In this document: piece after piece, positions 8,470-16,314 of the stretch
Layout of the letters: every line of letters starts with the position of its first letter
Numbering within the stretch: position 1 is the first letter of the stretch
Assembly: GCA_964591445.1 (NCBI GenBank)
Contig: CAZQAW010000002.1
Coordinates: 3,394 to 67,393, forward strand
Source of the DNA: an uncultured Candidatus Saccharibacteria bacterium
GTDB taxonomy: Bacteria; Patescibacteriota; Minisyncoccia; Phycocordibacterales; UBA9973
Reading direction: 5' to 3'
DNA length: 64,000 nucleotides
Notes under the pieces: generated by a model
Database searches by the model: none
Told to the model about the DNA's origin: nothing
The model's input: the letters and a program-made list of their open reading frames with translations, nothing else
Made by a program: the position numbers and the translations under genes

Positions 8470-8530
8470 CCTCACCCCCGGACTTCGTCTCGGCCCCTCT
8501 CCATTAAACTGGAGAGGGGCTGGGGTGAGG
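8470..8530. repeat. GC-rich nested-palindrome element, copy a: CCTCACCCC - CCGGACTTCGTCTCGG - CCCCTCTCC ATTAAAC TGGAGAGGGG - C - TGGGGTGAGG.
   Basis: Outer 9-bp inverted repeat CCTCACCCC/GGGGTGAGG encloses an inner palindrome CCCCTCTCC/GGAGAGGGG. The same modules recur at 16027-16065 and 43757-43870. Confidence 0.6.
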
Positions 8531-8554
8531 TCGCAATTATGCTATAATTCTCCT

Positions 8555-9136
8555 ATGATATCCAAACTTACCGGCCCTATCGCCCACGTAGATGAGAAGT
8601 TCATCGTTGTAAATGTCGGCGGCGTCGGCTACAAAGTTTTCATCACAACAGACTTGATGGGCAAGATTATCGGCAACGATGTACGCCAAGCCGAAGTCTG
8701 GACACACTTAGCCGTGCGAGAAAACGCTCTTGATCTTTTTGGATTCGAAGACATATCTGAACTTCGATTTTTTGAAATGCTGATCGACATTTCGGGCATC
8801 GGCCCGCGCTCTGCCCTTTCCATCATCTCTATCGCGCCGATCGATACTTTGAAACGCGCGATTGGTTCTGGCGACACATCTTACCTTACCAAAATTTCCG
8901 GCATCGGCAGAAAAACTGCAGAGAAAATCGTCATCGAACTTCGAGATAAGCTTTCCGCGCTCGGCCACAAGAGCGAAGTTGGCGAACACAAAGCTGAGCT
9001 CGACGCACTCGAAGCACTCAAGTCTCTTGGCTATTCTCAAAACGAAGCTCGAGACGCACTCAAAGATTTGGATCCGTCAGTCACAACAACGAATGCCAGA
9101 ATCAAAGAAGCACTCAAAATTTTGGGAGGGAAATAA
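8555..9136 (+). CDS. ruvA: Holliday junction branch-migration protein RuvA.
   Basis: MISKLTGPIAHVDEKFIVVNVGGVGYKVFI...GIGPRSALSIIS...ISGIGRKTAEKIVIELRDK shows the RuvA domain I/II helix-hairpin-helix motifs. The start was refined to ATG 8555. Confidence 0.9.
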   Translation: MISKLTGPIAHVDEKFIVVNVGGVGYKVFITTDLMGKIIGNDVRQAEVWTHLAVRENALDLFGFEDISELRFFEMLIDISGIGPRSALSIISIAPIDTLKRAIGSGDTSYLTKISGIGRKTAEKIVIELRDKLSALGHKSEVGEHKAELDALEALKSLGYSQNEARDALKDLDPSVTTTNARIKEALKILGGK

Positions 9137-9162
9137 AAAAATCCCCGAACGGGGATTTTTTT
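9134..9162. terminator. Bidirectional terminator AAAAAAATCCCCGAACGGGGATTTTTTT.
   Basis: Perfect GC hairpin flanked by an A-tract and a T-tract, between convergent genes. Confidence 0.65.
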
Positions 9163-9164
9163 AT

Positions 9165-9434
9165 TTATTCATTCTGTAGTTGATCAATCATTGATTTTTC
9201 TTCTTTCAATACATCGTTGAGTAGTGTTTCGTCATGCATTTTGAACGCTTTGTTTTTCTTGTCGTAGTTTGACCAAAGGAAATTTAAAAAGTTTGGGTCT
9301 TCTTTTGCCATTTCCAAAATATCGATCAGATATCGTCCAGGCATACGCCCTAAGAAACCAATAAATTCTTCTTGGTTTTCAGGCGAGAGCGCAGAAAGCG
9401 CGAGTTCTTGTTTTAGTAGTTCAAGTGGAGACAT
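9165..9434 (-). CDS. Hypothetical small protein (89 aa).
   Basis: ORF with plausible protein-like composition and good intergenic fit. No recognisable motif. Confidence 0.35.
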   Translation of the reverse strand: MSPLELLKQELALSALSPENQEEFIGFLGRMPGRYLIDILEMAKEDPNFLNFLWSNYDKKNKAFKMHDETLLNDVLKEEKSMIDQLQNE

Positions 9435-9660
9435 AAAATTAGAATCCGATTGTTTCAGAAAAATTTTTCAGAATACCAAAAAGCTTTTGCTGCTTTGCAT
9501 TCAAGTCTTTTAACTCAATACTTGAGTAATGTGCGCTCACAGGAGCTTTTCCGAAAGATTCATTCGTTGGCATTTGTTCCATATAGCTCAATAATAATAT
9601 GCCAGGCATACAAAGTGCAAGTTATTTGCTCTTCCTCGATAAAACATATAAGCTGTCAAT

Positions 9661-10614
9661 ATGCCAGAACTCCCAGAAGTGCACACAACCGTGTCCGGAC
9701 TCCAAGACGTGCTTCCCTATCTTTTTATCAAAGACGTATGGACGGATTTGACCACAACAGACAAGCGAAATACCGACTCAGTAAAGCATCCGGCTTATTT
9801 TGAATACTTTAAAAAAGAAGTTACTGGAAAAAGAATTGAGAATGTGTCTCGCCGTGGGAAAAATATTTTGATCAAAATTGAAGGCGGTAAGACCATTCTC
9901 ATTCACATGAAAATGACAGGTCATTTGCTTTTTGGACGTTACGACTATAATGCAAAAGAAAATACATGGTTCCCGCATGACGAAGAACCAAACCAAGCGC
10001 TTCGCGACCCATTTAATAAATATGTACACGTGGTGTTTACTTTAAAAGACCCGAAAAAGTCTGGCGCCAAAAGCGAAGTGCATTTGGCGTTTTCTGACTC
10101 GCGCAAGTTCGGGAAAATGACTTTGCTTGAAACCAGTGAACTAGAATCAACATTACACTTGTCTCATATTGGGCCAGAGCCGCTTGAAGAAAGTTTTACA
10201 GTGGCAAAAATGATAGAGCGACTCGCGACAAAACCAAACGGCAAAATCAAAAGCGTACTTATGGATCAAACGGTCATCGCCGGCATCGGCAATATTTATT
10301 CGGACGAAATACTTTGGGAAGCCGGCATTCACCCCGAGGAATGCGTAAAAGATATTCCACTTCCCCTTTTCTCTCTTATGTTCAAAGCAATGAAAGCAAC
10401 GCTTTCACGAGGAATTGATTTCGGTGGAGACTCGATGAGCGACTACAGAAATATTTATGGCGAACCGGGGAAATTTCAAAACGAACACAATGTATATCGC
10501 CGCACGGGAAAGCCTTGCAAGAAAAAAGATGGCGGCACTATTGTTCGCAAAGTTGTCGGCGGACGAAGTGCGCACTTTTGCGACATGCACCAAAAACTTA
10601 TAAAGCAAAAGTAG
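9661..10614 (+). CDS. mutM: Formamidopyrimidine-DNA glycosylase (MutM/Fpg) with a C-terminal zinc finger.
   Basis: N-terminal MPELPEV with catalytic Pro2 and Glu3, H2TH region, and a C-terminal CKKKDGGTIVRKVVGGRSAHFC zinc finger. Confidence 0.9.
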   Translation: MPELPEVHTTVSGLQDVLPYLFIKDVWTDLTTTDKRNTDSVKHPAYFEYFKKEVTGKRIENVSRRGKNILIKIEGGKTILIHMKMTGHLLFGRYDYNAKENTWFPHDEEPNQALRDPFNKYVHVVFTLKDPKKSGAKSEVHLAFSDSRKFGKMTLLETSELESTLHLSHIGPEPLEESFTVAKMIERLATKPNGKIKSVLMDQTVIAGIGNIYSDEILWEAGIHPEECVKDIPLPLFSLMFKAMKATLSRGIDFGGDSMSDYRNIYGEPGKFQNEHNVYRRTGKPCKKKDGGTIVRKVVGGRSAHFCDMHQKLIKQK

Positions 10615-10653
10615 TTCACAAGACTTTTTTCGTATCTTTTATATAATAAAGAC

Positions 10654-11232
10654 ATGGATGATCTCAAATGGTTTATCGCAGTGATGGGGCTACTCTTTGT
10701 CGGGTGGCTTGTTTCTGGCGGGCCAACACGTTACAGCTCGACAAAGCCTTTTATCCGGCCACCGCAACCTTTGGACACTGGCGAAGTGTACGGGCCAAGT
10801 AATCCGTTCTCTTTCTTCCAACCTGCACCAGTTATCCAGCCGACATACCCAGATGGTTGGCAGCAAGTGAACACGCAATATTTTACGTTCTACACACCAG
10901 ACGGTTGGCGCGTGCGAGAAATCAATTCGGACGACACGTATCGCGGGGAAATAACAAACGGAAACACTGTCATCACTTTTGATTTTGGAAAAGACACAAA
11001 CCCGCTCAGCTTTGAAGGCAATCCGCGCTACACAATCAACCACGAAGATATTGGCACATATGATGCAAAGATCGTCGTGCCTGCCGGCGGAACAAGTGGC
11101 ACAACCGGAGCTTACTACAAAAAACTTTTCAAAAAATACACACTCACGATGACCGGAGAAAATCTGACTAAAAAAGAACAGACAACTGCGCTCACTATTT
11201 TCCGATCTGTGCGATTTAAAATCGTACGCTAA
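10654..11232 (+). CDS. Hypothetical membrane-anchored secreted protein.
   Basis: N-terminal TM (WFIAVMGLLFVGWLV) followed by a soluble domain rich in Pro/Tyr/Thr. Confidence 0.4.
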   Translation: MDDLKWFIAVMGLLFVGWLVSGGPTRYSSTKPFIRPPQPLDTGEVYGPSNPFSFFQPAPVIQPTYPDGWQQVNTQYFTFYTPDGWRVREINSDDTYRGEITNGNTVITFDFGKDTNPLSFEGNPRYTINHEDIGTYDAKIVVPAGGTSGTTGAYYKKLFKKYTLTMTGENLTKKEQTTALTIFRSVRFKIVR

Positions 11233-11726
11233 ATATTCAAAATTCGAAACACAGCAATTCCAAAAGCTGTTGCGACATTCAACGATTCTTTCTTCCCTTT
11301 CATTGGGATCTCGGCAACAACGTCGACAAGTTCCAAAATATTCTGCGGCAAACCTTCAACTTCGTTGCCGACAAGAAATGCGATTTTATTCCAGTAAGAG
11401 GCTGGTCCGCCTTGGGCGGATATTTTTTTGTAATCAATGGAATTTTCTGACTGTTCGATTGCAATGATTGTAAAATCTTCTTGCTTTAATTTTTGAAGAA
11501 GTGGTGGAAGTGTTGCGCTGTGCGTCCAAGGAATTTCTTTTTCTGCGCCAAGAGCAGTTTTTGCAATATCTTTTCGTGGACGAAGAAATCGATCCAGAGG
11601 GTCCGGAGTATAACCGACTAAATGTATATGCGAAATTCCCGCCGCGTCAGCAGTTCGAAACATCGCACCAACATTTTCGGCGCTCCTAATATTGAAGAGA
11701 ATCGCACACGACTCTTGAGATTTCAT
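11229..11726 (-). CDS. SpoU/TrmH-family RNA 2'-O-methyltransferase.
   Basis: ILFNIRSAENVGAMFRTADAAGI...IAFLVGNEVEGLP...LNVATAFGIAVF shows SPOUT-class motifs. It is encoded directly downstream of tRNA-Lys. Confidence 0.75.
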   Translation of the reverse strand: MKSQESCAILFNIRSAENVGAMFRTADAAGISHIHLVGYTPDPLDRFLRPRKDIAKTALGAEKEIPWTHSATLPPLLQKLKQEDFTIIAIEQSENSIDYKKISAQGGPASYWNKIAFLVGNEVEGLPQNILELVDVVAEIPMKGKKESLNVATAFGIAVFRILNI

Positions 11727-11729
11727 TTG

Positions 11730-11802
11730 TCCGCTCGGTAGGAATCGAACCTACGACCATCTCCTTAAAAGGGAGCTGCTCTACCAACTGAGCTACGAGC
11801 GG
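11730..11802 (-). tRNA. tRNA-Lys, anticodon UUU. The first position is a C1-G72 pair, and CCA is not encoded.
   Basis: Manual fold: acceptor CCGCTCG/CGAGCGG, D-arm GCTCAGTTGGTAGAGC, anticodon loop CTTTTAA, T-loop TTCGATT, discriminator A. Confidence 0.85.
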
Positions 11803-12085
11803 AAATAACTATAATTTAGGTACACTTCAAAATACCATAACAACCCTTAAAAATCAACTTTTTCCTATAGGAAACGAGACTTTTCTGGTTTATCCACATG
11901 GCGAGACTTTACACTTTGCATAGACGTAGTACAATAAATCTAAATCAGGTTTGTTACAAATTAAAAGTGATCCTCTTGAGGAATTATATTCGTAATTGAG
12001 TAACGGGCCTCAAAGATTTATTATATTAGTTCTTTACACGAGACTGTTCGTTTAAAAAATAAATATGGTAGGGGTATACAAAGTG

Positions 12086-12146
12086 AAAGGCCATCGGCAT
12101 GAAGCGTAATGAAAATTAAGCTCTATACCGATGGCCTTTTTTCTTT
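12086..12146. terminator. Long hairpin AAAGGCCATCGG...CCGATGGCCTTTTTTC (12-bp stem, ~30-nt loop) with a T-tract on the plus strand.
   Basis: It lies immediately 3' of the holA stop on the minus strand. In plus orientation it could also terminate a transcript from the 280-nt non-coding region upstream. Confidence 0.5.
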
Positions 12147-12164
12147 ATGCAAAAATTCTGGTTG

Positions 12165-12893
12165 TTACAAAACAGAAAGCACGAATTGTTCAAGCGCTAT
12201 CTGCGAGTCGCTTCCCTGCCTTCGGCTTTCATACAACACGCTTGCGAGTTTGGAAGACATATTTTCAAGTTCTTCTTCGCTAAATTTTTTTGCAGCAGCT
12301 TCAGCTTTTTTGTGAACGAATGGATTGAGTCCGAGCGTTGTCGCGCTTATGCCCTCGCTTTTTTTTACGAGCAACATATTCTTCATTTGCCAGAAAAGTA
12401 TGCCATGAAGTTCTTCTGCAGATTTTCCATTGCGCCACGCTTTTGCAATGTGCACCCACGATTCTTTTTTGTCGCGCATGCCAAACGCATCGGTAAGCCC
12501 AAAGACGTTGAATTCTTTTTTGCCGTATTTTGAAACTGGCGTTTCAAACTGCTCGACATCTTCTGCCACTTTTTTCAACTTCATTAATGGATCTTTCAAA
12601 AGTGATCTTTCAGAAATGACGAGCACGTTTTCGCTTTCTTTGAGTTCTTTCAGGTGAGAAAAAATATATTCACTCACTTCCGCATTTTCAAGTCCGCGTT
12701 CGAGCACAATGACATGCTTTGCACCGAACAAAGATGATGTAGTCATGTAGTCATTCAAAACAGAAACGTCGACGTCGACGTCGACGTCGTTCATAGAAAC
12801 AACTGTGTATTCTTTTTTAAGATACGCTTCAACAACTTTGTCGCACGCACTGTGGCGCTTTACATTGTTGTCGCCAAAATACACGTAGATCAT
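12165..12893 (-). CDS. holA: DNA polymerase III delta subunit (HolA-like).
   Basis: N-terminal IYVYFGDNN...VVSMNDVDVD...LFGAKHVIVLE matches the delta-subunit AAA+-like N-domain. The size and the position beside polA are consistent. Confidence 0.65.
   Translation of the reverse strand: MIYVYFGDNNVKRHSACDKVVEAYLKKEYTVVSMNDVDVDVDVSVLNDYMTTSSLFGAKHVIVLERGLENAEVSEYIFSHLKELKESENVLVISERSLLKDPLMKLKKVAEDVEQFETPVSKYGKKEFNVFGLTDAFGMRDKKESWVHIAKAWRNGKSAEELHGILFWQMKNMLLVKKSEGISATTLGLNPFVHKKAEAAAKKFSEEELENMSSKLASVLYESRRQGSDSQIALEQFVLSVL
12767..12790. repeat. Perfect tandem hexanucleotide repeat (GACGTC/GTCGAC)x4 inside holA, encoding DVDVDVDV.
   Basis: CGTCGACGTCGACGTCGACGTCGT is read directly from the sequence. 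It is in frame and each unit is itself a palindrome. Confidence 0.9.
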
Positions 12894-13372
12894 ATGCGGA
12901 CTTTTTTCTTATATGCTTTGTAGGTGTCGCCATATTTTTCTTCGAGCATTTTTTCTTGCTTCATGACAAACGTGATGCGCGTGATAATGAATACCGCAAT
13001 CGCAATAAGCGTGATCGGCAAAGAGTCTGAAAGAAATCCGTATGAAATAAGAAGGAGTGCGAGACCAACATGCGTCGGGCTGCGAAAAATTTTGTACGGA
13101 CCTTGGTGAAAGTGCGCGACATCGTGTTTGGTATCTGGATGGTTGCGGGCGTGAGCTGTGCGCTTTGAAGTCATTTGCGCCCAAACGATAATCGCCGTTC
13201 CTAAAAAAAGAATGAATGCGCCCCACATATGTGCGCCTTTCATCAACAGACTTGCCGGAAAAAGCTGATCTACTAAAACACCGACGACAAAACCAGCCAA
13301 ATAGACCGTATAAGAAGTTGCTAATACGCCATGCACATTTGAAGTAAGTTTTTTCTGTGGTGTTTCGTTCAT
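12890..13372 (-). CDS. Isoprenylcysteine carboxyl methyltransferase (ICMT/PEMT) family membrane methyltransferase.
   Basis: Multi-TM protein with the C-terminal GPYKIFRSPTHVG motif, which corresponds to the ICMT RHPxY-type SAM-binding region. Confidence 0.65.
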   Translation of the reverse strand: MNETPQKKLTSNVHGVLATSYTVYLAGFVVGVLVDQLFPASLLMKGAHMWGAFILFLGTAIIVWAQMTSKRTAHARNHPDTKHDVAHFHQGPYKIFRSPTHVGLALLLISYGFLSDSLPITLIAIAVFIITRITFVMKQEKMLEEKYGDTYKAYKKKVRI

Positions 13373-13389
13373 ACTACAATCGTATCATA

Positions 13390-15807
13390 TTATTTCACCT
13401 CCCCCCAATTCTCCCCTGCGCCATAGTGCACCTCAAGCGGCACGTCGGTTTTGTAATGAAGATAGGATTCAGAAAGCACTTGCTCCATCGCAGTTTGGAT
13501 AAGCTCGCTCGCTTTTTTCACGTCTTTTTCTTCAATTTCATAAATAAGTTCGTCGTGAATCTGAAGGATGAGCCGCGCACTTTCTCCGAGGCCAGCTTTT
13601 GAAAGCGCTTGGTCGGCGTGCAAAATTGCAAGTTTAATGATATCGGCAGCTGTTCCTTGAAGCGGCGCATTGGTCGCAGTTCGCTCAGCCATTGCTCGAA
13701 TAAATGGGATTTTTGAATTGATATTTGGGAAATGTCTTTTACGGCCGAACAATGTTTCCGTATAGCCGTGCTGTAGCGCAAACGCTTTTACTTCATCCAA
13801 ATATTCGCGCACACGGGCAAATTCTTTGAAATAATTCGTATAGAAAATCTGCGCTTCTTCGCGAGATGAATTCAAATTCTTCTTGAGCGCCGAAACTCCC
13901 ATACCATAAATGATGCCGAAATTGATCACTTTTGCCCGTCGTCGCATTTCAGAATCGACTTTATTTTCCGGAACACCGAAGACTTTCGACGCAACAGACG
14001 CGTGAACGTCTTTGCCTTCTTTGAAAACGTTGATCAAAAATGGATCGCCGGAGAGCATTGCCACAACACGAAGCTCTATCTGCGAATAATCAAACGCGAC
14101 AAGCTTTGCTCCAGCACCTGCTTTAAAACCGCTTCGTATTGCCTTGCCGAGTTCGCTTTTGATGGGGATATTTTGCAAGTTCGGATTGTTCGAAGAAAAT
14201 CGTCCCGTCGCTGCACCATTTTGAGAAAAGGTGGAATGTAGTCTTCCATCAACGCCCACTAAATCTGGGATCACATCTATATACGTCGAGAGTAATTTCT
14301 GCAGTTCGCGATATTTGATGATTTCAGAAATGATCGGATTTCCTTCTTCGAGTTCTTCAAGCACTTCGATCTTCGTTGAAAATGTTCCGCTCGCACCGCG
14401 CTTCCCTTTTGTTTTCAAACCCATTTTGTCAAAAAGAATTTCTGAAAGTTGTTTTGGTGAATTCAAATTAAATTCCGTGCCGGCAAGTTTGTAAATAGTT
14501 TTTGTAATTGCATCCAGCTTTGCATGATAATCTTTTGAAAGTTTCTTGAAAAAGTCCTGATCGACGAGCAACCCCTTCTCTTCCATGCGACGAACAATCG
14601 GCATGATCGGCTTTTCAATTTCATCAAACACTGTTTGCAACCCCGCATCTTTTTTGAGCTTTTCAAAAATCACTTCCCGCGCTTTAGCAAAAGAATCCGT
14701 CCGCGCAAAATGCACAATGTCTTCAAGCGTCGGGTTCGTCATGTCAGAATTTAAAAGCGAAAGCGCAATACCTGTCTCAATCAACGCTTCTTTGCCGACT
14801 TCTTCATCGACAGAAATGCCCTTCAACGCCGCGTCTTCGGCTTGGTCTGCCACTGCCTCTCCACCGCCAAAGATAGATTTTACTCGCGCGTACAAACTTC
14901 GAAATTCAAGTTCAGTGAAAAGTGTTTCGATTTTTTTCATATCAAATGCATCACGAAAACTTTGTTCCGGAAGTTTGAAATCAATCGGCGCGTCTCGGCG
15001 AATGGTCGCAAGTGTTTTAGAAAACAAAGCTTCTTCTTCTCCGTCTTCGAGAAGCTTGATAATGCGGTCCGTCATGCCGGCTTTTTTGAAAGCGTCTTTG
15101 TCTTTTTTTAAAGCTTTGTACATTTGTTCGATAGTACCGAAAGTTGTGATGAGCGTTGTCGCAGTTTTTTCGCCAATGCCTTTGATGCCGATGATGTTAT
15201 CAGATGGATCACCGCGAAGACCTTTGTAGTCGGGCAGTAGTTCCGGCTTGAAACCAAATCGCGCAAGCACGGCGGCTTCGTCATATACTATTGTGTCCGT
15301 AATTCCCTTCTTCAAAGTAAACACCTGCACTTTTTTCTTGTCGACAAGTTGAAGCGTATCCATGTCTCCCGACGCAATGATGATTTCCAATTCTTTATCA
15401 CCCTTCATTTCTTCGACAACAGTTCCTAGCACATCGTCGGCTTCAAAACCTTCTTTTGCATAAACTGGAATTCCAAATGCTTCAAACACTTTTCGAGAAC
15501 CTTTAATTTGCGAAATCAGAGCGTCGTCTATTTTTACCCGAGTTCCTTTGTAGCCATCGTACGCTTCGTGACGGAAAGTCTTTTTCGGCAAGTCAAAAGC
15601 CGCGACAATGTAGTCGGGCTTGAGGTCGGTAATGATACGAATGAGCATTGTAGAGAGTCCGTAGAGCGCGCCTGTCGGCTCACCTTTTGAAGACATGAAG
15701 TCCGGCAAGGCATGATAAGCCCGATGAATAATGGCATGCGAATCAAGCAAAACCAGGCGTTTTACCCTGAGCGAAGAAGGGTTTTTAGAAGTCTTTACGG
15801 TTGCCAT
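13390..15807 (-). CDS. polA: DNA polymerase I (5'-3' exonuclease plus polymerase domains). At 805 aa the central 3'-5' proofreading domain appears vestigial or absent.
   Basis: N-terminal 5' nuclease motifs (LLDSHAIIHRAYHAL, GIKGIGEKTA), C-terminal Pol A motifs (DYSQIELR, RRRAKVINFGIIYG, QIHDELIYE). I could not find a DTETT-like Exo I motif. Confidence 0.9.
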   Translation of the reverse strand: MATVKTSKNPSSLRVKRLVLLDSHAIIHRAYHALPDFMSSKGEPTGALYGLSTMLIRIITDLKPDYIVAAFDLPKKTFRHEAYDGYKGTRVKIDDALISQIKGSRKVFEAFGIPVYAKEGFEADDVLGTVVEEMKGDKELEIIIASGDMDTLQLVDKKKVQVFTLKKGITDTIVYDEAAVLARFGFKPELLPDYKGLRGDPSDNIIGIKGIGEKTATTLITTFGTIEQMYKALKKDKDAFKKAGMTDRIIKLLEDGEEEALFSKTLATIRRDAPIDFKLPEQSFRDAFDMKKIETLFTELEFRSLYARVKSIFGGGEAVADQAEDAALKGISVDEEVGKEALIETGIALSLLNSDMTNPTLEDIVHFARTDSFAKAREVIFEKLKKDAGLQTVFDEIEKPIMPIVRRMEEKGLLVDQDFFKKLSKDYHAKLDAITKTIYKLAGTEFNLNSPKQLSEILFDKMGLKTKGKRGASGTFSTKIEVLEELEEGNPIISEIIKYRELQKLLSTYIDVIPDLVGVDGRLHSTFSQNGAATGRFSSNNPNLQNIPIKSELGKAIRSGFKAGAGAKLVAFDYSQIELRVVAMLSGDPFLINVFKEGKDVHASVASKVFGVPENKVDSEMRRRAKVINFGIIYGMGVSALKKNLNSSREEAQIFYTNYFKEFARVREYLDEVKAFALQHGYTETLFGRKRHFPNINSKIPFIRAMAERTATNAPLQGTAADIIKLAILHADQALSKAGLGESARLILQIHDELIYEIEEKDVKKASELIQTAMEQVLSESYLHYKTDVPLEVHYGAGENWGEVK

Positions 15808-15826
15808 ATAGGCTTAGTATAGCATT

Positions 15827-16294
15827 TTAAGAGATCTCAATCTCGCGAATAGATTCTTCTTTGTGAGACAAGTTTACCTTGATTGCATCAGACGGAATGA
15901 GTCCTGGAACCTGTTCTGGCCATTCGATCAGAATAAGATTTTTTGGATCAGACATGATTTCTTGCCAGCCGAGTTTTTCTAATTCTGTTTTGGAGCTTAA
16001 GCGGTATGCATCTATATGGATGAGTTTTGTGAATTGCCCCCTCTCCTGGCTAGGAGAGGGTTGGGGTGAGGTTGGTGGAAGATTATAGAACTTCATAATT
16101 ACAAACGTTGGTGAGACGAGATGTTCTTTTACGCCAAGCTCTCGCGCGATTGCTTGCGTGAACGTTGTCTTCCCTGCGCCAAGGTCTCCGGAAAGTGCAA
16201 CAACAGCCGCGCCGGTAAACCGGCGCGGCTTCACTGCTTCCAGCACTTCTTCCGCAACAGATTGTATTTCAGGTAGCTCAAAACTTCGTTTCAT
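15827..16294 (-). CDS. tsaE: tRNA threonylcarbamoyladenosine biosynthesis ATPase TsaE (YjeE), carrying an in-frame insertion of about 14 aa.
   Basis: P-loop GDLGAGKTTF, SPTF and HIDAYRL motifs. Between SPTF and HIDAYRL lies NLPPTSPQPSPSQERGQ, which is encoded by the palindromic repeat at 16027-16065. Confidence 0.8.
   Translation of the reverse strand: MKRSFELPEIQSVAEEVLEAVKPRRFTGAAVVALSGDLGAGKTTFTQAIARELGVKEHLVSPTFVIMKFYNLPPTSPQPSPSQERGQFTKLIHIDAYRLSSKTELEKLGWQEIMSDPKNLILIEWPEQVPGLIPSDAIKVNLSHKEESIREIEIS
16027..16065. repeat. GC-rich palindrome element, copy b: CCCCCTCTCCTGGCTAGGAGAGGG TTGGGGTGAGGTTGG, inserted in frame in tsaE.
   Basis: Same inner palindrome and GGGGTGAGG module as at 8470-8530 and 43757-43870. 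It translates as PTSPQPSPSQERGQ on the minus strand. Confidence 0.6.
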
Positions 16295-16314
16295 GCGGAG
16301 ACTTTAGCATAAAG

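Noticed and set aside
9450-9803. ORF 9450..9803 (+) upstream of and overlapping mutM.
   Set aside because: It overlaps the conserved PELPEV start of mutM in another frame. It has no motif and is more likely a promoter or 5' region.
14585-15229. ORFs 14585..15229 (+) and other plus-strand ORFs inside polA. Likewise the ORFs antisense to the adhesin, VirB6-like, uvrD and the giant ORFs.
   Set aside because: These are opposite-strand shadow ORFs within long genes that have strong family motifs. They are Ser/Pro/Ala-rich and typical of GC-skewed antisense frames.
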